From positions 30,615-94,614 of the forward strand of contig CAZBAS010000004.1 of the NCBI GenBank assembly GCA_964490395.1: a stretch of 64,000 nt of DNA, read 5' to 3'. Position 1 is the first letter of the stretch, and each line of letters begins with the position of its first letter. This stretch comes from an uncultured Candidatus Saccharibacteria bacterium. GTDB lineage: Bacteria; Patescibacteriota; Doudnabacteria; UBA920. Under the pieces are notes generated by a model. That model had not been told where the DNA came from and made no database searches. It saw nothing but the letters and a program-made list of their open reading frames with translations. The translations under genes were made by a program, and so were the position numbers. Below, in pieces: positions 8,570 through 18,115 of the stretch.

Positions 8570-9655
8570 ATGTCTACAGAAACTACTCCATCTAAAGCCA
8601 CAGATGAAATAGAGTACAAGCCAGAGCTGGCGCCTAAAAAGCACAGCATCTCCATACTCATTCCATGCTGGAACGAAGAAAAGACGATAGAGCGTTGTGT
8701 TTTGTCGTGTCTAGAGCAGACCACCCCTGCAGATGAAGTAATTGTGGTAGATGACTCGTGCACCGACTCCAGCCCAGAAATACTTGCTCGCTTTGGCGAC
8801 CGTATTCGCGTGGTGAGGACCCCTAAAAATAGTGGGAACAAAAGCCATGCTCAGGAATACGGTCTTAGTTTTGTACAAGGGGATATAGTCGTTACCACCG
8901 ATGCCGACACAGAAATGCATCCAAAATTTGTTGAAACCATTTTAAAAGATTTCCAGGACCCCACCGTAGCAGCTTCGGGCGGATATGTAGTTAGCCGCGC
9001 CCATAACTGGCTTACTTTGTGCCGTGCCTTTGAATACTGCATAGGGCAAAATATTCACAAACCAGCGCAGCGCTACATAAACTACATGTTCGTTATACCA
9101 GGGGCAGCGGGCGCGTTCCGTACCGAGGTGTTTAAAACCTATGTAAAGTTTGACCACGACACCATTACCGAGGACTTAGACTTTACGTACAAGCTGCACA
9201 AGCAAGGGCTAACCGTTGAGTACAACAAGAACGCCATTGTGTATACGCAGGACCCGGCAACGCTGCACTCCTACATAAACCAAATGCGCCGGTGGTACGG
9301 TGGCGGCTGGCAGTGTCTGATGAAGCATAAGGACATAGTTATTCAGCCAGCAAAGGCACTTGAGTTGTCACTTATGTACATAGAAGGATTGGTGTTTGCA
9401 CTTCTCATATTTATCCTTCCCATCATAAACTTCCACGCACTTGGTTACTTCTTACTAACTTACTTTATTACTACCTCTGTCTTTGCCACCTACACTGCTA
9501 TTCGAGAAAAAAGACTTGCCCTGCTTATAGTGCCTATCCCGTACCTGCCCATAGTATTTATAAACGCCTATATATTTATTGAACAATTTATTAAAGAAGT
9601 CATACTGAGACGGAAGCACTTGGTGTGGTTCAAACCGGAGCGAATACGCATATGA
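8570..9655 (+). CDS. Family 2 glycosyltransferase with C-terminal TM domain
   Basis: GT-A fold signature: ISILIPCWNEEKTIERCVLSCLEQT...VIVVDDSCTDSS...TDADTE. Four C-terminal TM helices. Confidence 0.75.
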   Translation: MSTETTPSKATDEIEYKPELAPKKHSISILIPCWNEEKTIERCVLSCLEQTTPADEVIVVDDSCTDSSPEILARFGDRIRVVRTPKNSGNKSHAQEYGLSFVQGDIVVTTDADTEMHPKFVETILKDFQDPTVAASGGYVVSRAHNWLTLCRAFEYCIGQNIHKPAQRYINYMFVIPGAAGAFRTEVFKTYVKFDHDTITEDLDFTYKLHKQGLTVEYNKNAIVYTQDPATLHSYINQMRRWYGGGWQCLMKHKDIVIQPAKALELSLMYIEGLVFALLIFILPIINFHALGYFLLTYFITTSVFATYTAIREKRLALLIVPIPYLPIVFINAYIFIEQFIKEVILRRKHLVWFKPERIRI

Positions 9656-9773
9656 GTTTAGTCCCTTTTATCGGAATATCCATGACAGTACATCTTGTTA
9701 TTATTGCCGTACAGCAGAGTAGAAAGGCGTTGGCGTTTCTTACCACCGCACGGGTTAAAAAGGAAGTAATTGC

Positions 9774-10247
9774 ATGAACAGATTAATTTCATTTTTTATT
9801 GTTACCATAGTAGCGGTAGCAGTATTTGGCGTAGCTGGCACCATAGTCTGGATAAACATAGCCAACTCTCACTCCAATTACAGTTTTATAAAGCATGAGG
9901 TTGCGGACCACCACCTGTACGAACAGTTCCAGCAAAGAGTCCAGGCCGCTTCTCCAAACTCACCCGAACCAGAGACGGTAACCCCTGCGCCCAGTGAAGC
10001 GGACTCGCAGTCGGGTACTTCCCGCTCCAAAGCGCATGCACTGGTGTGCCAAGAGCTTGGCCAGCGCGACAGTTCTACGCTCTATGCCTATCTTGAAAGC
10101 TCTGGACGCTCAAAGTCGTTTACCACTCGGCAGTTTCTTGCAGAGAAATATGGTATAAACGGCTACAAGGGCAACAGCGTGCAAAACCAGGAGCTGCTGA
10201 AAGCACTGAAAGCCGATGATTTACAGACTGCCCAATGTGTGCAATAA
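9774..10247 (+). CDS. Hypothetical membrane-anchored protein
   Basis: N-terminal TM. No recognisable domain. Confidence 0.4.
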   Translation: MNRLISFFIVTIVAVAVFGVAGTIVWINIANSHSNYSFIKHEVADHHLYEQFQQRVQAASPNSPEPETVTPAPSEADSQSGTSRSKAHALVCQELGQRDSSTLYAYLESSGRSKSFTTRQFLAEKYGINGYKGNSVQNQELLKALKADDLQTAQCVQ

Positions 10248-10277
10248 TATACCAACCCTATCTACATTAGTAAGTAT

Positions 10278-13034
10278 TTGTTTATGAATTTCATGAAGAT
10301 TAAAAAAGCTGCATCTATAGCAGTGGCACTCTTCCTCCTGGTAGCAACTACCATGGTGGGCGCTGCCCCAGCATTTGCTGCAGGACCAAACCTTATTGCT
10401 AACCCTTCCTTAGAAACCGCAGCAGGAGCCCTTCCTGCGAGCTGGCAAAAAGGTGGATTTGGTACTAACACTACAGTGTTTACCTATCCGGTAGCTGGCG
10501 TTGATGGTGCCAATGCAGCAAAAGTAGCCATGACTGCTCGCACTGGTGGCGATGCAAAATGGTTTTTTAACGATGTAGCTATAACTCCAGGAAAGAGCTA
10601 CACCTTTTCCGATCAGTACAAGTCTACCGTAGCAACCAAGCTTGTGGCTCGCTATACCTCCACCACAAATGTACTCAGCTACATAGACATGGGTAGCGTT
10701 GCTTCTTCTGCAGGCGCATGGAAAACATTTACCTATACATTTACTGCTCCTGCTGGCAGCGCCAAGATGACCGTATTCCACCTTATAGCTGCAGTAGGGG
10801 AACTTACGACCGATGCATATTCTTTAACTGAAAATACTGTTACGCCTCCTACAGATACCACTGCTCCAACTGTTGCCTTAACCGCACCTGCGGCAAATGC
10901 TACTGTGTCTAACACCGTAACCCTCAGCGCTACTGCTTCCGACAATGTTGGTGTAGCAGGCGTGCAATTTATAGTAGATGGCGCAAATGTAGGCGCTGAA
11001 GATACTACTGCTCCATACAGCATTTCTTGGGATTCCAAAACTGTTGCAAACGGCAGCCACACTGTTTCGGCAAAAGGCCGGGATGCTGCAGGGAACACTA
11101 CCACTACAACTCCTATTTCTATAACTGTATCTAATACCGTAACCCCTCCGGCAGATACTACTGCTCCAACGGTTACTCTGACCGCACCAGCTGCAAACGC
11201 AACAGTCACCGGCACTATAAATCTTACTGCTACTGCAACTGATAACGTTGCGGTAACGGGCGTGCAGTTTATAGTAGATGGCGCAAATTTTGGCAGCGAA
11301 CTTACTACAGCTCCATACACTGCTGCGCTCGACACGACTACCTTGACCAATGGTGCTCACACCATAGCGGTAGCAGCGCACGATGCAGCAAACAACTCCA
11401 AAACTACTACTGCTATTTCCGTAACGGTATCTAACACTGTAACCCCTCCAGCAACTAACCTTATTGCTAACCACTCTTTGGAGATGGCAACCGGAAGCCT
11501 GCCTACCAACTGGAGCAAGGGGAGCTGGGGTACAAACAACGCAACATTTACCTACCCAGTAGCTGGCGTAGACGGTACAAAAGCCGCTAAAGTTGCCATG
11601 ACTACGTACACCAATGGCGATGCCAAGTGGTTCTTTGATGATGTTGTCATAACGCCTGGTAAAAACTACACCTTCTCTGAGCAGTACAAGTCTACGGTGC
11701 CAACCACCGTTTTAGCTCGCTACACAAATGCAGATGCAAGCGTGGCATATGTTGAATATGCAAACCTTCCTTCTTCGGGCAACCAGTGGACTACGTTCTC
11801 TCATGAATTTACTGCTCCAGCTGGGGTTGCTAAAGTCACTGTATTCCATTTGCTCTCTGCAGTAGGGGAATTGACCATAGATAACTACACCATGGGTGAC
11901 CAGTCCAACAATACTTCCGCCTTCTTCTCACAGGGTATAGTAAGCTTCACGTTTGATGACGGTTGGATCTCCCACTACGACACTGTACTTCCTATACTCA
12001 ACGCAGCTGGTCTTAAAGGTTCGTTCTACATTATTACTGACCCAATGAACCAGGTGGTAGAGCCGAATAAAGTTCTAAACTCTGGGCTTGAAACAGATAG
12101 CGGCACTGGTACTCCAACCAACTGGACAAAGAGCAGCTGGGGTACGAACAATGCTGCGTTTACCTACCCAACTGCTGGTAAAACAGGCAATGGCGCAAAA
12201 GTTGCCATAACCTCCTACACCGATGGCGATGCAAAATGGTTCTTTGATGACATTGCTATAGTGGCAAATGCTCAGTATCGCTTCCGCGATTCCTACAAGA
12301 GCACAACCCCAACTACACTTACAGCTCGCTTTACCATGGCGGACAATACCGTTGCCTACCGCGACCTGGCAGTCTTGCCAAGCAGCAACAACAACTGGGC
12401 TACTACCGACATACCATTTACTGCTCCTGCAAACGTACAAAGCGTAACCATTTTCCACCACCTCGCAAGCGTAGGCGAACTCACTATAGACGATGCTTCA
12501 CTTACTCTGTACGCCATTTACATGAATCCAAGCCAGGTAAAGGATATGCAAGCAGCGGGACATGAAGTTGGTGGCCACACTAAGACACATCCTGACCTTA
12601 CTACCCTTACCGTACAACAGGCAACCGATGAAATTGTTGGTTCTCGCACTGCGCTTCAGAACATTGGCATAACGGTTAACACCATGGTGTATCCGTACGG
12701 TGCTGCAAACCCAACCATACAGCAGATAACCAAGAACGCAGGATATCTTGCTGCTCGCACGGTTGAAGCTGGGTATAACACTAAAGCAACCGATCACTAT
12801 GCGCTTCGTGTGCAGAACGTAGGTGTTGGTACTACCTTGGCCGATGTGCAAGGTTGGGTAACCACTGCCGCTACTGACCACACCTGGCTCATATTGGTAT
12901 TCCACCAGGTAGACCTGAGTGGCGATACCTATGGCACAACTCCAGCCCTGTTCCAGCAAATGGTAGATTACGTAAAAACTCAACCAGTACAGGTCCGCAC
13001 CATGGACGATGTACGAACAGAGCTCAATCCATAA
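10278..13034 (+). CDS. 918-aa secreted multidomain protein: 3x CBM4/9-like modules, 2x bacterial Ig-like modules and a NodB-type polysaccharide deacetylase (CE4) domain
   Basis: Signal peptide. Three copies of NLIANxSLE...WxKGxWGTNxxxFTYPxAG...AKVAxTxxTxGDAKWFFxDVxIxPGKxYTFS. Two copies of TTAPTVxLTAPAANATV...VQFIVDGAN (Big-like). CE4 motifs TFDDGW and HEVGGHTKTHP, with CBM 3 inserted between them. Confidence 0.7.
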   Translation: MFMNFMKIKKAASIAVALFLLVATTMVGAAPAFAAGPNLIANPSLETAAGALPASWQKGGFGTNTTVFTYPVAGVDGANAAKVAMTARTGGDAKWFFNDVAITPGKSYTFSDQYKSTVATKLVARYTSTTNVLSYIDMGSVASSAGAWKTFTYTFTAPAGSAKMTVFHLIAAVGELTTDAYSLTENTVTPPTDTTAPTVALTAPAANATVSNTVTLSATASDNVGVAGVQFIVDGANVGAEDTTAPYSISWDSKTVANGSHTVSAKGRDAAGNTTTTTPISITVSNTVTPPADTTAPTVTLTAPAANATVTGTINLTATATDNVAVTGVQFIVDGANFGSELTTAPYTAALDTTTLTNGAHTIAVAAHDAANNSKTTTAISVTVSNTVTPPATNLIANHSLEMATGSLPTNWSKGSWGTNNATFTYPVAGVDGTKAAKVAMTTYTNGDAKWFFDDVVITPGKNYTFSEQYKSTVPTTVLARYTNADASVAYVEYANLPSSGNQWTTFSHEFTAPAGVAKVTVFHLLSAVGELTIDNYTMGDQSNNTSAFFSQGIVSFTFDDGWISHYDTVLPILNAAGLKGSFYIITDPMNQVVEPNKVLNSGLETDSGTGTPTNWTKSSWGTNNAAFTYPTAGKTGNGAKVAITSYTDGDAKWFFDDIAIVANAQYRFRDSYKSTTPTTLTARFTMADNTVAYRDLAVLPSSNNNWATTDIPFTAPANVQSVTIFHHLASVGELTIDDASLTLYAIYMNPSQVKDMQAAGHEVGGHTKTHPDLTTLTVQQATDEIVGSRTALQNIGITVNTMVYPYGAANPTIQQITKNAGYLAARTVEAGYNTKATDHYALRVQNVGVGTTLADVQGWVTTAATDHTWLILVFHQVDLSGDTYGTTPALFQQMVDYVKTQPVQVRTMDDVRTELNP

Positions 13035-13040
13035 TCGTTA

Positions 13041-13078
13041 AAACTGCTTTTCCATGTGGAAGGCAGTTTTTTTTTATT
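13041..13078 (+). terminator. Intrinsic terminator after the 918-aa gene
   Basis: aaactgcttttcc-atgtg-gaaggcagttt followed by a T(9) run. Confidence 0.6.
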
Positions 13079-13286
13079 CTATCTATGTATGCAGTAGGGC
13101 ATCGGTGAAGTATGTGTGAAGCTCTGTGCGAAAGTAGACAAAAAGGTTTTACCTAAGCCTAAATGAATGGTTACGGATGTTATTGCGGTTTTTCTCCGAA
13201 AGTGGTATAGTAATATGTCTTATTGCTCAGCAATAAAACAGATATTTAGTTATTAACTGGCTTGGCCAACAAGTCATTATTACGCT

Positions 13287-15854
13287 ATGAAGTATTTAGT
13301 ATCGAGCCGCTTACGCACAGCTTTGGCAATTGCACTTTCGCTGGTCTTGGCGTTGCAAATGTCAGCTGCACGTATTGCAGTTGCCGCAGACGAAACCACT
13401 CCACTTACCGATGAAGTAGGGGAGCAGGGGAAAGGGTTTACTGACCTTAAATTATTTGTCCACCACAAAGAAGCAGACCTTGGTGTGACTAAAACAGTTG
13501 ACGAGCCTTTGCCAAACATAGGCGGTGCCATCACGTACAGCCTTAGTGTAACGAACTTTGGTCCCGATGACGCAACTGGTGTGGTGGTAACAGATGTGCT
13601 TCCCGAAGGAGTCACATTTGTTTCTGCAGATCCAGCTGCCGAGTACAACAGCGCCACCGGCGTGTGGACCATAGGTGACTTGGCAAATGGTGCTACTGCA
13701 CTGTTAGATATAAATGTAACTGCAAATATGGATGCAGGGGACACTGCTCCAGTAAACACTGCTACAGTCTCGTCCAATACCACAGACCCAAACATGGACA
13801 ACAACAGTGCCAGTGTTACGGTTGAAATTGGTATTCCATCTACGCCGGTAGATGAGCCTCTTGCTCCGTGTGTGGAAGGCCCTGCTCACGTAAACGAAGT
13901 CGTGGCGAGCGCACAAGGCACCCTGAACAATGGGAGCGCTATTACCGACAGTACTCGCACTAACCCAGCGAAAACACTTGGCGCTGCAGATGGTGTATTC
14001 TTCTCACTTGGAAAAAATGGCACAGTAACTGACTCCATGGCTGGCTATGCTGTAGATGTACCAGGGGTAGATGTAAGCATTCACGAAATTACCAATGGCC
14101 GCGACAGTTACCCAGAAGAGCGCGCTAAGGTTGAAGTGAGCCAAGACGGCTCTACGTGGTTTGTAGTTGGTACTGCAAGCGGTAAAGACGCGGGCGGCAT
14201 AAGCAGCTTCGACATAGCACCAACAGGACTTGGTTGGTTCACCATGGTTCGTGTTACCGATACTACTGACTTTACTATTCACGATGCAACTGCAGATGGG
14301 TTCGATTTGGATGCCATAGATGCAACCTATCAGTCGTGTGTATTGGTAGACCCAGCTAAAACCGCGACCTACGACAGCACTACCGGAACCCTGCACTACG
14401 CAATTTCCTGGAACGTTAAGGGTGGTACTGCAAATGTAGTGCTTACCGACGCGCTTCCAGCTGGTATAACCTACGTTGCTGGCTCTGCAGACAATGGTGG
14501 TACATACGATAATGGCACACGCACCCTAACCTGGAATCTTGGTTCCCATGTGGGCGGCGATAGTGGCGTTGTAAAGTTCGATGCCACGCTCGACGCAGCT
14601 TTGGCGCTTAACCAGTGGGCAAGCAGCGTAAAGTCCTTTACTCAAGGAAAAGATGCTGACCTCACTACTGCGGTAGATGCAGTCCGAAGCAACCCAGCAC
14701 AGGCCCTTGGCCCTGCTGAAACTTCTGGTGCACTTTACGATAACCCACTTCCAGACTACGTTGGAAAATTTGTATCTCTTGGATTTACCAACAACCCTAC
14801 GGGCGGCGAACTCGTGCTAGGTTTCGATCATGATATATATAATGGTCCTGGAAATGACCTGCAAATTTTTGAAGTTACGAGCGGCGACAACTACGGCAAT
14901 GAAAGTGCAAAAATTGCTGTAAGCAGCAACGACTCTACCTGGACCGATGTTGGTGTAGTAGTGCGCGATGGTGGTGTGGACCTTGGTTCAGTTACCAGCG
15001 CAAAATATGTTCGCATAACCGATACTTCTAACAAAGCTGAGTTTGAACCTACTGCAGACGCTTTCGATGTGGACGCAGTAAAAGCGCTGCAACTGGTACC
15101 AAACGTATGTAAAGTAGTAAACACCGCACAAGCAAGCTGGACCGTATTTACCGATAACGTCCCAACCACTGCAACATTGCCTGCAGTAGTAACCACTACT
15201 ATAAACCAAAGTGCCTGCGACAACGCCGGTGGTGGTGGCGGTAACGGTGGCGGCAATGGTGGTTCAAATACAGGTACTGGTTCTATCACTGGTTTGGTGT
15301 TTAACGATGCAAACAACAATGCTGCTTTAGACGAAGGTGAATCTTCACTTTCAGGCTGGGTAGTATACCTCGATACAAATGACAATGGCGTGCTCGATGG
15401 CGGCGAAGTTTCCAAAACAACAGCATCCCCATACTTATTTACTGGTCTTGCCGATGGTACCTATACTGTTCGTGAAGTACTGCAGTCTGGCTGGACACAG
15501 ACACTGCCAACCGCAGGAAACAGCTTTAAGTACGTAGTAGCTATTTCTGGCGGCAACGCGGTTACCAATAAAGACTTTGGTAACTTTGTAGCAACAAGCG
15601 GTGGCACAGGTGGTAGTGGTGGTGGTGCTAATGGTGGTGGTGGAACTGTCCCTGCTCCACAAATCCTGGGCGACTCCACAAACACTCCTAACGCAGACAC
15701 AGGTTCTGGCATGGGCGGCGGTGCTCCTACCGGACTAGTGCTAAGCGCAACCGAGCTCCCTCGTACCGGAAACGGCAGCGCAGTACTCCTTCTTGCACTT
15801 TTGGTAGGTGGTAGTGCAGCATTTGCACTTCGCAAGCTACGACAATCGTTGTAA
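13287..15854 (+). CDS. 855-aa LPXTG cell-wall-anchored surface protein with DUF11 repeat and SdrD-B/CnaB-like domains
   Basis: Signal peptide. DUF11-like segment (GVTKTVDEPLPNIGGAITYSLSVTNFGPDDATGVVVTDVLPEGVTFVS). Gly-rich linkers. C-terminal LPRTG, hydrophobic stretch, then RKLRQSL. Confidence 0.7.
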   Translation: MKYLVSSRLRTALAIALSLVLALQMSAARIAVAADETTPLTDEVGEQGKGFTDLKLFVHHKEADLGVTKTVDEPLPNIGGAITYSLSVTNFGPDDATGVVVTDVLPEGVTFVSADPAAEYNSATGVWTIGDLANGATALLDINVTANMDAGDTAPVNTATVSSNTTDPNMDNNSASVTVEIGIPSTPVDEPLAPCVEGPAHVNEVVASAQGTLNNGSAITDSTRTNPAKTLGAADGVFFSLGKNGTVTDSMAGYAVDVPGVDVSIHEITNGRDSYPEERAKVEVSQDGSTWFVVGTASGKDAGGISSFDIAPTGLGWFTMVRVTDTTDFTIHDATADGFDLDAIDATYQSCVLVDPAKTATYDSTTGTLHYAISWNVKGGTANVVLTDALPAGITYVAGSADNGGTYDNGTRTLTWNLGSHVGGDSGVVKFDATLDAALALNQWASSVKSFTQGKDADLTTAVDAVRSNPAQALGPAETSGALYDNPLPDYVGKFVSLGFTNNPTGGELVLGFDHDIYNGPGNDLQIFEVTSGDNYGNESAKIAVSSNDSTWTDVGVVVRDGGVDLGSVTSAKYVRITDTSNKAEFEPTADAFDVDAVKALQLVPNVCKVVNTAQASWTVFTDNVPTTATLPAVVTTTINQSACDNAGGGGGNGGGNGGSNTGTGSITGLVFNDANNNAALDEGESSLSGWVVYLDTNDNGVLDGGEVSKTTASPYLFTGLADGTYTVREVLQSGWTQTLPTAGNSFKYVVAISGGNAVTNKDFGNFVATSGGTGGSGGGANGGGGTVPAPQILGDSTNTPNADTGSGMGGGAPTGLVLSATELPRTGNGSAVLLLALLVGGSAAFALRKLRQSL

Positions 15855-15895
15855 AACGGTTGCCTCTATGGAGCATGTAACATGTAACAAAAGAT

Positions 15896-15928
15896 ACGGA
15901 AAGCTTTGCTTTCCGTATTTTATTTTCT
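15896..15928 (+). terminator. Intrinsic terminator after the LPXTG gene
   Basis: acggaaagc-tttg-ctttccgt followed by attttatttt. Confidence 0.6.
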
Positions 15929-15929
15929 T

Positions 15930-16010
15930 GTTACATGCTTTTTGCTACATGTTACATGTTACATGCTCTACGCTACATGCTCTATGTTACATAGTATGCT
16001 GCATTGCTGT
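15930..16010. repeat. Array of ttacatg/ctacatg heptamer direct repeats
   Basis: tgttacatgctttttgctacatgttacatgttacatgctctacgctacatgctctatgttacat. Inverted copies catgtaacatgtaac lie just upstream of the terminator. Confidence 0.55.
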
Positions 16011-16151
16011 TTAATGCTGAATTTGGTACTGTTAAGATATTACGCCAAACGTTACGAGGCCTTTATGTCGGCAATTAAAAGACCTCTGGCTCGATCACCC
16101 TACTGGCTTTCGACGTGATAGACGTGAAGACGTTCAACGCCACACCTTTCT

Positions 16152-16874
16152 ATGCCAAAAGTTACCGTTACTAATCTTTCAAGACGAACTCCAAGCGCTG
16201 CTGCGCCACGACGAAAAGTTGCGGCCGAGCCCACAATGCCCGCGCCAAAAGAAAAAATGACGCTAAAAGCAGCACTGAAGCTGCTTATCTGGGTATGCCT
16301 ATTAAGTGGTGTGTGTTTAAGTCTGATGAATTGGGGGTTTGTTTCTGCGCGCGTCTCCTTCTTCTTTCACAAGCCCAATGCTGCTACGGTTATTCAGCCT
16401 AAAACCGAGGCAACAGCACCTTCAGAAGGGGCGTGGCCTAAAGATACATTGGCCATTCCGAGCCTCGGCATTAGTGCTCCGGTTATATACGATGTAGCGC
16501 AAAATGAAGAAGCATTTCAAGTAGCATTACAGAGCGGCGTGGTACACTATCCAGGTAGTAGTTTGCCGGGCGAAGTTGGGAATGTCTACATATTTGGCCA
16601 CTCTTCGGACTATGCATGGAGCAAGGGGAGTTATAAATCTGTATTTGCGGTGTTGCCGAAAATAGAAAAAGGTGCGGAAATAAAGCTCACCGACAGCAAA
16701 GGTTTTATGTACACATATATAGTTACGAAGCAGTTCGTAGTGGGGCCAAAAGACGTAAGTGTGCTCAGCCAGGACACCAAAGGTAAGCGCATACTTACAG
16801 TACAAACCTCATACCCCATTGGCACTGCCTTAAAACGATACGTGGTACAGGCCGAACTAAGACAGTCAGACTGA
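16152..16874 (+). CDS. Sortase-family (class E-like) transpeptidase homologue with Ser at the canonical catalytic Cys position
   Basis: N-terminal TM. HYPGSSLPGEVGN and FGH motifs. ILTVQTSYP...KRYVVQAEL aligns to class-E LLTLTTC...R, with Ser codon TCA at about 16809..16811. Confidence 0.6.
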   Translation: MPKVTVTNLSRRTPSAAAPRRKVAAEPTMPAPKEKMTLKAALKLLIWVCLLSGVCLSLMNWGFVSARVSFFFHKPNAATVIQPKTEATAPSEGAWPKDTLAIPSLGISAPVIYDVAQNEEAFQVALQSGVVHYPGSSLPGEVGNVYIFGHSSDYAWSKGSYKSVFAVLPKIEKGAEIKLTDSKGFMYTYIVTKQFVVGPKDVSVLSQDTKGKRILTVQTSYPIGTALKRYVVQAELRQSD

Positions 16875-16876
16875 CG

Positions 16877-16977
16877 GTCCAAATTTACAAATGTGACAAA
16901 TCTACAAATACCTACTAATCCTGGTTACGTAATTTGTATTATTTGTAGCCATTTGTAGATTTGTCTTATTCGTAGAT
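16877..16977. repeat. Palindromic intergenic repeat, family C, copy 1
   Basis: gacaaatctacaaat and atttgtagatttgtc form a 15-bp perfect inverted repeat. Homologous to 61493..61597. Confidence 0.6.
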
Positions 16978-17700
16978 TTGAACAATATGTTAATAGAAAT
17001 TAAAGACTTAAAAAAAGACTACATAAACGACGAGGTCGTAACTCCGGTTCTCCACGGGGTAAGTTTTGATATAGAAGAAGGGGAGTTTGTGGCCATTATG
17101 GGCCCTTCAGGGAGTGGTAAGTCAACACTCATGCACATTCTTGGTTTTTTGGACCGGTCTACTGGCGGCACATACAAGTTTGAAGGCAAAAATACTACCA
17201 CCTTTACCGATGAAGAGCTGGCGCGCATTCGCAATGAACGTGTCGGGTTTGTGTTCCAGGCGTTTAACTTGCTTGCTAGAACTACGGTACTCGATAACGT
17301 AAAACTGCCACTTATTTATGGTACTAAAAAGAACCAAGATCAACTGGCTAAGAAGGCATTGGAATCTGTGGGCCTGGGTCACCGGTTAGACTTTTATACC
17401 AACCAAATTTCTGGTGGAGAAAAGCAGCGCGTGGCCATTGCTCGGGCCCTGGCTACTGACCCTGCTGTTATATTTGCGGATGAGCCAACGGGAAACCTGG
17501 ACTCAAAGAGCGGTAATACCGTGATGCATATTCTGCAACGTCTGAACGATGAAGGCAAAACCATCATCTTAGTTACTCATGAAATGGACACGGCAGAACA
17601 CGCCAAGCGCCTCATAAAAGTAAAGGACGGAAACATTGTTGCAGATGAAAAAATTAAACACCGAACTATCGCCAAAGCGGAAGGAGAATTAGTTAAGTAG
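16978..17700 (+). CDS. ABC transporter ATP-binding protein, MacB/LolD/FtsE-type
   Basis: Walker [10 protein letters not shown], signature [15 protein letters not shown], Walker [13 protein letters not shown]. Confidence 0.85.
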   Translation: MNNMLIEIKDLKKDYINDEVVTPVLHGVSFDIEEGEFVAIMGPSGSGKSTLMHILGFLDRSTGGTYKFEGKNTTTFTDEELARIRNERVGFVFQAFNLLARTTVLDNVKLPLIYGTKKNQDQLAKKALESVGLGHRLDFYTNQISGGEKQRVAIARALATDPAVIFADEPTGNLDSKSGNTVMHILQRLNDEGKTIILVTHEMDTAEHAKRLIKVKDGNIVADEKIKHRTIAKAEGELVK

Positions 17701-17732
17701 CTTGTAGGAGTTAGGGATTAGGTTGTAGAAGT

Positions 17733-18098
17733 ATGCCAGTAGAATCGTACAAAGATCTAATAGTGTGGCAAAAGTCGATACAACTGGTATTGCTCATTTA
17801 CGAACTGACGGAAAAATTCCCAAAGTCTGAAATATATGGACTTACTTCCCAAATGCGCCGGTGCGCCGTTTCCGTGCCACCGAACATTGCTGAAGGGAGA
17901 AGGCGTAGCACCCGAAAAGAGTTTGGACATTTTGTGAGCATCGCATTTGGCTCAGGCTCAGAATTGGAAACGCAGCTCATCATATGTAAACAATTACCCT
18001 TTGGTGCAAGCTTGGACTATGCACATATTGATTCAATCCTTAGCGAAATTATGAAAATGCTGAACACTCTCCTGGTTAAGCTACAAGCTAATTCATAA
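17733..18098 (+). CDS. Four-helix-bundle protein (23S rRNA intervening-sequence protein family)
   Basis: LIVWQKSIQLVLLIYELTEKFPKSEIYGLTSQMRRCAVSVPPNIAEG matches the family pattern. Inserted between the ABC ATPase and permease genes. Confidence 0.65.
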   Translation: MPVESYKDLIVWQKSIQLVLLIYELTEKFPKSEIYGLTSQMRRCAVSVPPNIAEGRRRSTRKEFGHFVSIAFGSGSELETQLIICKQLPFGASLDYAHIDSILSEIMKMLNTLLVKLQANS

Positions 18099-18115
18099 AT
18101 CCTAATTCCTTTTTT

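Noticed and set aside
10410-15835. Multiple 60-200-aa ORFs on the opposite strand or in alternate frames inside the 918-aa and 855-aa genes (for example 10733..11350 minus, 14891..15415 minus, 15461..15835 minus).
   Set aside because: These are reading-frame artefacts of repetitive, Thr/Ala/Gly-rich coding sequence. They have no SD and are fully nested in strongly supported genes. The same applies to antisense ORFs inside gyrB, pyrG, the HK gene and the nitroreductase-like gene.
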